A DNA stretch of 60,537 nt from Macrostomum lignano (Eukaryota), in the NCBI GenBank assembly GCA_002269645.1, contig NIVC01004107.1, positions 1 to 60,537 of the forward strand, read 5' to 3'. The translations under genes were made by a program, and so were the position numbers. The notes below the pieces were generated by a model. It was not told the DNA's origin. It was given only the letters and a program-made list of their open reading frames with translations, and ran no database searches. This document shows, piece by piece, positions 12,501 through 21,500 of this stretch. How positions within the stretch are numbered: position 1 is the stretch's first letter; the number at the start of each line of letters is the position of its first letter.

Positions 12501-15500
12501 GCAATCCATTCTATAGATTAGCAATCCATTCTATAGATTAGCGCTTCATATTTTACCTTTTATCACGGTGATTTTTAACTATAAAATCCCTAAAATCCTC
12601 ATTCCCATTTTCAGGGCATCGCTGGCCAACATCCTCAGCGGGATCTACTGCATACTGCTCTGCTGTCTCGGCCTATTGATCCCTGCAAAAGTAGTTTACT
12701 CGGAGCAGTCAGCCATCGAATTCAGCTTTGAGGTGAGGAATGTGGGAGCGTTGAGGTACAAAACCACAATAAAAAAGATCTATAGAATCTAAAATCAATA
12801 AAAACATGAGAAATAGAAAATCGATATGTATTAATATTATAGAATTATCATTATATAAGCCAGATATATCAGACAGTCTCAGCAAACTCAGAAAGTCAAA
12901 GGCGCAGAGACTGAGGTTGACAGACAGACAGGAAAGCAGCCACAGATAATAATAATAATGGATCATAAAGATAAGGAGAGGCTTTAATGATCGGTTAAGG
13001 AATGAAAATTAATAGGTAAGAAGTTCCTATTGTAGGTAGTATGAGTCATGATAATATTGACGCTGCAGTCAGAGTAAGAAGTGTAGACTTTGCTTAGAGT
13101 ATATACGAGATAATTAATTTCTTATAAAGTCTGGTGCAGTTTACAATAAAATCTACTGAAAAATCAAATTCTAAATTCTAAACTTCTTGCAAACTCTTTT
13201 CTTAAACCTCAATCTTCGCACAAACTCAAAAACCCGCACGCAAGCTTAAAATCTTCACACAAACCCAAAATACGATCGTATTCACACAATCCCAAAATAT
13301 CTACACAAATCCAAAATATCTACACAAACCCTGAAATCTTCAAAAAACACTGAAATATTCATACACACACACACACACACTGAAAGCTTCACACACAAAC
13401 CCTGAAATCTTCACACAAACCTTGAAATCTTCACACAAACCTGGAAATTTTCACACAAACCTTGAAATCTTCACACAAACCTGGAAATTTTCACACAAAC
13501 CTTGAAATTTTCACACAAACCCAGAACTATTCACACAAACACTGAAATCTTTACACAAACACTGAACTCCTTACACAAACACTGAAACCTTCACACAAAC
13601 ACTGAAACCTTCACACAAACACTGAAATCTTCACACAAACCCTTCAGTTTTCATTTTTGATCACGAATAATAAAAACACAAACGATTTAAAAAAATTTCT
13701 CCATCAAAACGCGCATCTTCTCAGCTGCAAAGAAGAAAACTCTTATTTCATTTTTGCTTGCGAAAAATTCGTTTTGCATTGAAATCTGAGAACCCTGGTG
13801 GCTCCAGTGTTTATTAAAGTTTCGCTTCTGCCTCCTTCTCTCCCTATAGCTCCGTATTTTCGACTTTGGTGCACCGTCAGCAAAAATCTTGTAGGCCCAG
13901 GAACTGCGGTGGGCTTGTTGGGCACGCGCTGAACACAAACCAAATACTTTATTATAACTCCCAATGTCTGCCTGCCTGCCTGCCTGCCTACTAAAACAGA
14001 ATTGAAGCTGAGAATTCAATATTGGAGAGAAAACATTTATACATGTGCGTGTATTTGTTTACGTCGTACACGTCTGGCCCTGCTGCAGAGACGAACCTTG
14101 TTGGGGGGGGGGGGCGACGCTCTTGGGTTTCACAACTGCTTCTATTCGTTCCCTCACTCCTACCCTGTCTCCTACCCTCTCTTTTCTACCCTCTCTCCCC
14201 TACCCTCTCTCTCCTACCCTCTCTGTCCTACCCTCTCTCTCCTACCCTCTCTCTCCTACCCTCTCTCTCCTACCCTCTCTCTCCTACCCTCTCTCTTCTA
14301 CCCTCTCTCCTACCCTCTCTCTCCTACCCTCTCTCTCCTACCCTCTCTCTCTCCTACCCTCTCTCCCCTACCCTCTCTCTCCTACCCTCTCTCTCCTACC
14401 CTCTCTCTCCTATCCTCTCTCTCCTACCCTCTCTCCCCTACCCTCTCTCTCCTACCCTCTCTCTCCTACCCTCTCTCTCCTACCCTCTCTCTCCTACCCT
14501 CTCTCTCCTACCCTCTCTCTCCTACCCTCTCTTCCCTACCCTCTCTCTTCTACCCTCTCTCTCCTACCCTCTCTCTCCTACCCTCTCTCTCCTACCTCCT
14601 CTCTCCTACCCTCTCTCTTCTACCCTCTCTCCCCTACCCTCTCTCTACTACCCTCTCTCTCCTACCTCCTCTCTCCTACCCTCTCTCTTCTACCCTCTCT
14701 CTCCTACCCTCTCTCTCCTACCCTCTCTCTCCTACCCTCTCTCTCCTACCCTCTCTCTCTCCTACCCTCTCTCCCCTACCCTCTCTCTCTCTTAACCCCC
14801 CCTTTATTCTCTCTCCTACCCTCGCTGTGTGGGGTATTCTAATTTAACGGTAAAAAACAACAACCACTCCCTTCATCAACTTTTAAACCATAAATGCAAT
14901 CCCCTTTGCAGGCATTCTACATCTACCTGTTCGTGACGGCCATCGGGTTTTTGGCCTGCGTTTACGCTCTGCTGCTGCGGGAGGGCGCCGACACAGCGGC
15001 CGCGACATCGTCGAGACTTGATCGTCGATGGACGGCAAGGAGAAATCCGGGAGTTCGACTGCTCAGGCGGAGCGCCGCCAAGGGTGGCCTCTACCTGCGG
15101 CTTGGTGCCATCGGTATGATCTTAGTATCGAGCTCTGGTTGGTGTGACACTCGGGTCTCTAATGGTCATGCAGGATGTGTCTCTAATCTAATCTATCCAT
15201 TAGTCTCTAATCTAATATACTCATTAGTCTCCATCTAATCTACTCATTGGTCTCTAAACTAATCTAACCATTAGTCTCTAATCTAATCTAATCATTCGTC
15301 TCTAATCTAATCTAATCATTAGTCTCTAATCTAATCTACCCATTAGTCTCTAATCTAATCTACTCATTAGTATCTAATCAAATATATTCATTAGTCTCTA
15401 ATCTAATCTAATCGTTAGTCTCTAATCTAACCATTAGTCTCTAATCTAATCTGATCTACTCATTAGTCTCTAATCTAATCTAATCGTTAGTCTCTAATCT

Positions 15501-18500
15501 AACCATTAGTCTCTAATCTAATCTGATCTACTCATTAGTCTCTAATCTAATCTAATCTACTCATTAGTCTATGATCTAATCTAATCTACTCATTAGTCTC
15601 CAATCTAATCTACTCACTAGTCTCTAATTTAATCTAATCATTAGTCTCTAATCTAATCTACTCATTAGTCTCTAATCTAATCTAATCATTAGTCTCTAAT
15701 CTAATCTAATCATTAGTCTCTTATCTAATCTAACCATTAGTCTCTAATCTAATCTAACCATTAGTCTCTAATCTAATCTACTCATTAGTATCTAATCAAA
15801 TATATTCATTAGTCTCTAATCTAATCTAATCGTTAGTCTCTAATCTAATCTAATCATTAATCTGTACTTTCTCAATAGGTCTAATTTAACCATGAGTCTC
15901 TAGTCTACGCATTATTCTCAAATTTTGTCTATAATCCAGTCTTAAATGCCAACTAGTCACTTGTTTGTCAGCTACGAATGTTTTATTTCATCTCATCTCC
16001 CCAACTTACCCAGCATTGCACAATTGGTGTCGCGTGTCCCACACGTAGAGAGCCTCAGAACTGGCCTCTTATTCTTTCTCTAGCGCAGCCATCAAAACTA
16101 CCAATTAATGCATAATTTATGGCTGACAAAGTCTTGCAGCACTATGTGGCTTCCGTGCTTCTTGCTACGGACCAGTTTTTTGGCACGATGAACTCTAGCG
16201 AGCTCTGGCTACAAGAAATTCTGTGTTAATTATGGTTTTTAGCTTTTTACCTGTGAAAGGGATGAAACAAAGTGAATTTTTTAAAAATACTTGGGGATGA
16301 AGTGACTGAAGAAATGAAACAGTGACAATGAGGTAGATTTGTCGGTGAAGTGACTGAAGAAATGAAGGAGAGTGACAATGAGGTGGCTTGGCCAGTAGAG
16401 TGACTGAAGAATGAAGCAGAGTGACAATGAGGTGGCTTGGCCAGTAGAGTGACTGAAGAATGAAGGAGAGTGACAATAAGGTGGATTGGCCAGTAGAGTG
16501 ACTGAAGAATGAAGGAGAGTGACAATGAGGTGGATTGGCCAGTAGAGTGACTGAAGAATGAAGGAGAGTGACAATGAGGTGGATTGGCCAGTAGAGTGAC
16601 TGAAGAATGAAGGAGAGTGACAATGAGGTGGATTGACCAGTAGAGTGACTGAAGAATGAAGGAGAGTGACAATGAGGTGGATTGGTCAGAGGAGTGACTG
16701 AAGAAATGGAGAGTGACAATGAGGTGGATTGGCCAGTAGAGTGACTGAAGAAATGGAGAGTGACAATGAGGTGGATTGGCCAGTAGAGTGACTGAAGAAA
16801 TGAAGCAGAGTGACAATGAGGTAGATTGGCCGGTAGAGTGACTGAAGAATGAAGGAGAGTGACAATGAGGTGGCTTGGCCAGTAGAGTGACTGAAGAATG
16901 AAGGAGAGTGACAATGAGGTGGATTGGCCAGTAGAGTGACTGAAGAATGAAGGAGAGTGACAATGAGGTGGCTTGGCCAGTAGAGTGACTGAAGAATGAA
17001 GGAGAGTGACAATGAGGTGGATTGGCCAGAGGAGTGACTGAAGAAATGGAGAGTGACACGGGTGAAGTGAAGGCAAGCAATGAGTCATATATGCCCTACC
17101 TTAACGCTTTTAGCGCAAAAGCTTAAAGATTACATCCTGAGAATTTTCGGTTTTGTTTAACTAGAATTGCGGAATTTGCTTCAGTATGAGTCACCCATCC
17201 CCCCTTTCAATCCTCCCCTGATCTCTATACTTAATACTCAATCATTATTGCATCACACGCACTGCCAACAACAATAATAAGGTTAATAATCATACATATA
17301 GGCCTTATATATCAGGTGTTTAACCATTAATTTTGCTAAAGCCAATCATTGATGACGTAATCCATAGCGACTGTGGCTCCTCTCTATCGGCCTTTGCAAT
17401 GCTGAATTTTCTGGGCTTTTGGAAGATTATTTGCTGATGTCGCTGTCATTATCAATTTTCGCGGTGGCATTGATATAATTTTTGTCGATTTTCAATAAAC
17501 ATTTTTACACAAAATGTGTAAAAAAAGTGTGAGTGTGACGTCATTGGGTATCACAGAGAGTGTGTGACGCAGTGAAGAGTCATTGGGTATCACAGAGAGT
17601 GTGTGACGCAGTGAAGAGTCATTGGGTATCACAGAGAGTGTGTGACACAGTGAAGAGCCATTGGGTATTACAGAGTGTGGCAAGTGAAGAGTCATGGGGT
17701 ATCACAGAGTGAGACAAGTGAAGAGTCATTGGGTATCACAGAGTGAAACAAGTGAAGAGTCATTGGGCATCACAGAGTGTGACACAGTGAAGAGTCATTG
17801 GGTATCACAGAGTGTGACACAGTGAAGAGCCATTGGGTATTACAGAGTGTGGCAAGTGAAGAGTCATGGGGTATCACAGAGTGAGACAAGTGAAGAGTCA
17901 TTGGGTATCACAGAGTGAAACAAGTGAAGAGTCATTGGGTATCACAGAGTGAGACAAGTGAAGAGTCATTGTGTATCACAGAGAGTGGCAAGTGAAGAGT
18001 CATGGGGTATCACAGAGTGAAACAAGTGAAGAGTCATTGGGCATCACAGAGTGTGACACAGTGAAGAGTCATTGGGTATCACAGAGAGTGGCAAGTGAAG
18101 AGTCATTGGGTATCACAGAGTGAGACAAGTGAAGAGTCATTGGGTATCACAGAGTGAAACAAGTGAAGAGTCATTGAGTATCACAGAGTGTGACACAGTG
18201 AAGAGTCATTGGGTATCACAGAGTGAAACAAGTGAAGAGTCATTGGGTATCACAGAGTGAAACAAGTGAAGAGTCATTGGGCATCACAGAGTGTGACACA
18301 GTGAAGAGTCATTGGGTATCACAGAGAGTGGCAAGTGAAGAGTGGTTGTTTCAGTATAAGCAGAAGGTGCCAACATGATGTAAACAATAATGATGTGTAG
18401 ACATCTGAGTGTTAGTTTCTTAGGTAAAAAATCTCTCGACTAGTTGCACAATCTGACAGCAACAACTCGAAGTGTGTCATCAGCTTCATCACACTTTCAC

Positions 18501-21500
18501 ACCAGCTTCCTGTCCAAGTTGAGTTGAAGGTATAGAGGCAGTTGCGCAACAGGATTAAGCTGTGCTGCATCGGACATTTGTGTTTAGACACAGGGCGGGG
18601 TAAGAGCATGCCAGCACTGACCAGGCGCAGTGACCATGGAGTCGTCTGCCCACAACACAGGCACAGCTAACTCCTGACAGTCTAGTGCAGAGTGAGTCAC
18701 AAGCATTTTTTATCTGCAGACTTTGAGTTTTACAACCGTGAGCCTCTACAACAGATCCCCCGCGGTTGGAATCATTCTGGGAGCAAAAAATGAAAGTGTA
18801 CCATATCACAGTGGTTTAGCTAGTTCTAACACCTCTACGGGTGTTCTACATAGGGAAAAATTGATGCCTGACTTTTAATTCCCGTGAACTAATATTAGTT
18901 ACCTAAGCTTAGTCATCCCCGTACACATTGTTGTGTTGAAAATAGTCAAGTAAAGTCCTAAATTTTACGACCATTGATTATTTTTGTCTGAAGTAAGAGA
19001 AGGAATTGCAGTTGGACTCCTGCTGGGCAAGTTTTTTAGTAGCAGTTTTATGACACCCTTCTGTAGGCTAGAATTCTCTGCAATGACCAATGTGACGCGT
19101 CTGATCTCTCTTGAGGCTCGAGGCAGATGAGTCAAACATGCACAGGAATAGTACAGTATGCTTTATACCGATACATGTATAGATATCATTGGAATATATC
19201 ATTGACGCTCCAAACCTGACTATATTCTAAGCTGAATTCACTGTTGTAATACATCTCATTACACCTCACAATTGAGTACTTGTCAATGAGAAGTGAGAAT
19301 CACACGATTATCACACGATAGCCACACTATAATCACATAATAATTACACTATACCGGTAGTCACAAGATAGTCACACGATAATCACACGATAGTCACACG
19401 ATAGTCACACGATAGTCACATGATAGTTACACGATATTCACACGATAGTCACACGGTAGTCACACGATAGTCACTCGATAGTCACACGATAATCACACGA
19501 TAGTCACACGGTAGTCACACGATAGTCACATGATAGTTACATGATATTCACACGATAGTCACACGGTAGTCACACGATAGTCACACGATAGTCACACGAT
19601 AGTCACATGATAGTCACACAATAGTCACACGATAATAGTTATCACGGAAAAACCATTTTTACGAGCTAATAGCCTCTAAATTATGGCACAAGTAACCACA
19701 AAATTGCCATCTGGCGCTGACAAAAGAGTGACAGTTTGATAACGTCTGTTCAAGATTCACATACTATCAGTTCCCTTATATTCTCCACCTGACCGCTAAA
19801 AGGTACACTGCCTTACATCCAGCATTGAAATTTACACTTTGCAGTGTTTGGAATCGCCTCAATGATCCGAGACGGGATAGCCATGGCCGCAAGTCTGCAG
19901 CACGGATCCCAGCTGACCAACTGCTCGCATCCCATTGTGCCAATACGCGGCGCTCTTAGCATCCTGTTCACCTTTGTTCAGTTGAATTTTCTCTTCTTTA
20001 TGAATGCGAAGGTGAGTTCAATTGATGGGATGATGACACTTAGAGCCTAGAGAGCTTGATGAATCGATCGCTTCTTGAGCTTGTTTGTAATGCCTTCACT
20101 GTTCCTAGGGAAAATGCAAGTTAGTGTTAGACAATCATGTCATTTAGGTGTACCATAGAAGGTGTTGTTAAGGACGTGCCGTAGGTTGTCTTAAGTACGT
20201 GTTATGGGGTGTCTTAAGGTCGTGCCATGGGCTGTCTTGAGGACTGCCATGGAGTGTCTTAAGAACGTGCCATATGGGATGTCTTAACGACGTGCCTTAG
20301 GGTGTCTTAAGGACTTGCCATGGGGTGACTTAACGACGTGCCTTAGGGTGTCTTAAGGACTTGCCATGGGATGTCTTAATAACGCGCCATGGGGTGTCTT
20401 AAGTTCGTGCGATGGGGTCTCTTAAGATCGTGCCTTAGAGTGTCTAATGAACGTGCCATGGGATGCCTTAAGGACGCGCTTTAGGGTGTCTTAAGCACTT
20501 GTCATGGGTTGTCTTAATGACTGCCATGGGGTGTCTTGAGGTTGTGCCATGGGGTGTCTTAAAGACGTGCTACGAGCTATGGGGTGTCAAAAACGGGCCA
20601 TGAGGTGTCTTAAGAACGTGCCATACAAAGTCTTAAGGACGGTCTTAAGAAGGTCTTAGTCATTTTTGAAATAGCTTGCTTCTTCAAAAGGCAACAGACT
20701 TGCTCTCAAAGTTTGTCAATATTTTACCCGATAAACTTGGCTGGAAAATTTAATACAGGTAAACGCCGTAGTCTTCAGTTTAATAAACTTATGAAGAGTT
20801 TAAAAGAACTCAGTAGCTGTTCAACGTAAAAAAAAGTGAAATTAGAAAGCAAGTCACAAAGCAAGCAAGGATGGGGTAGCATTGTGCTACAAATAATAGA
20901 CTTAGAGACTTTACAGGGCATTAGCTAACTATAGCAGTTGTGAAAGACCTTTTTTAATAAAGAATAGTGGACAACATATTCAGTTCACATCCTTTCATCC
21001 TTAGTGGGGGGAGGAGAGATTAAAGCCCACAGGGGATTAGAGCTCCAGGTGAAAGTTAGAGGATGATGGCTGTGTGGTGGAGGCGGATCTAGTTTAGAAT
21101 AGCCCTCGAGCATCCCAGCTGGCTTAGTCTATTTTCTAACAATTTGCTCTCTCTTTGAGTCAGCCTCCCGTCCCACTCTGACCGATTCTCCTCTTCTCTT
21201 CCCATCCCACACTCTTCCTTAGTGAGTGCTCTTCGGGTCTTTTGGTGACCGCTTTAATTAGGCTCCGCGAAGCCTCCTAGCTTTTACCGACCGAGCCCGT
21301 CCACCGCAGAAGCGAAGTGTCCCGGACGACTTCTTTTTTGTGAAAATTCCAGCGTGTTTCCAACGAGAAAGACAGCCAAGCGAAACTCGAGACCGCGACT
21401 TCGATTGAAAAAGCGAAAGTTACAAAAAATTTCAAAGTGGATCGAGAATTACTTCTAGACTTGGGCCGCGTTTAGTTTGCACTCTGCAAAATGTTTTTGT

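Noticed and set aside
10902-17088. Repetitive ORFs (NEFTIVFI, PTLSLL, SLYWP types) in otopetrin introns
   Set aside because: They coincide exactly with the 24-, 14- and 49-bp arrays.
17535-18342. CRISPR-like look: constant ~26-nt block plus a variable 8-9 nt segment
   Set aside because: The variable parts are point variants of one sequence (TGTGACACA/TGAAACAA/TGAGACAA), far too short and not unique; eukaryotic intron; no cas genes.
8879-19135. Several TGAGTCA (AP-1-like) sites in otopetrin introns
   Set aside because: The count is only modestly above expectation for a 7-mer on two strands and cannot be supported without statistics or ChIP data.
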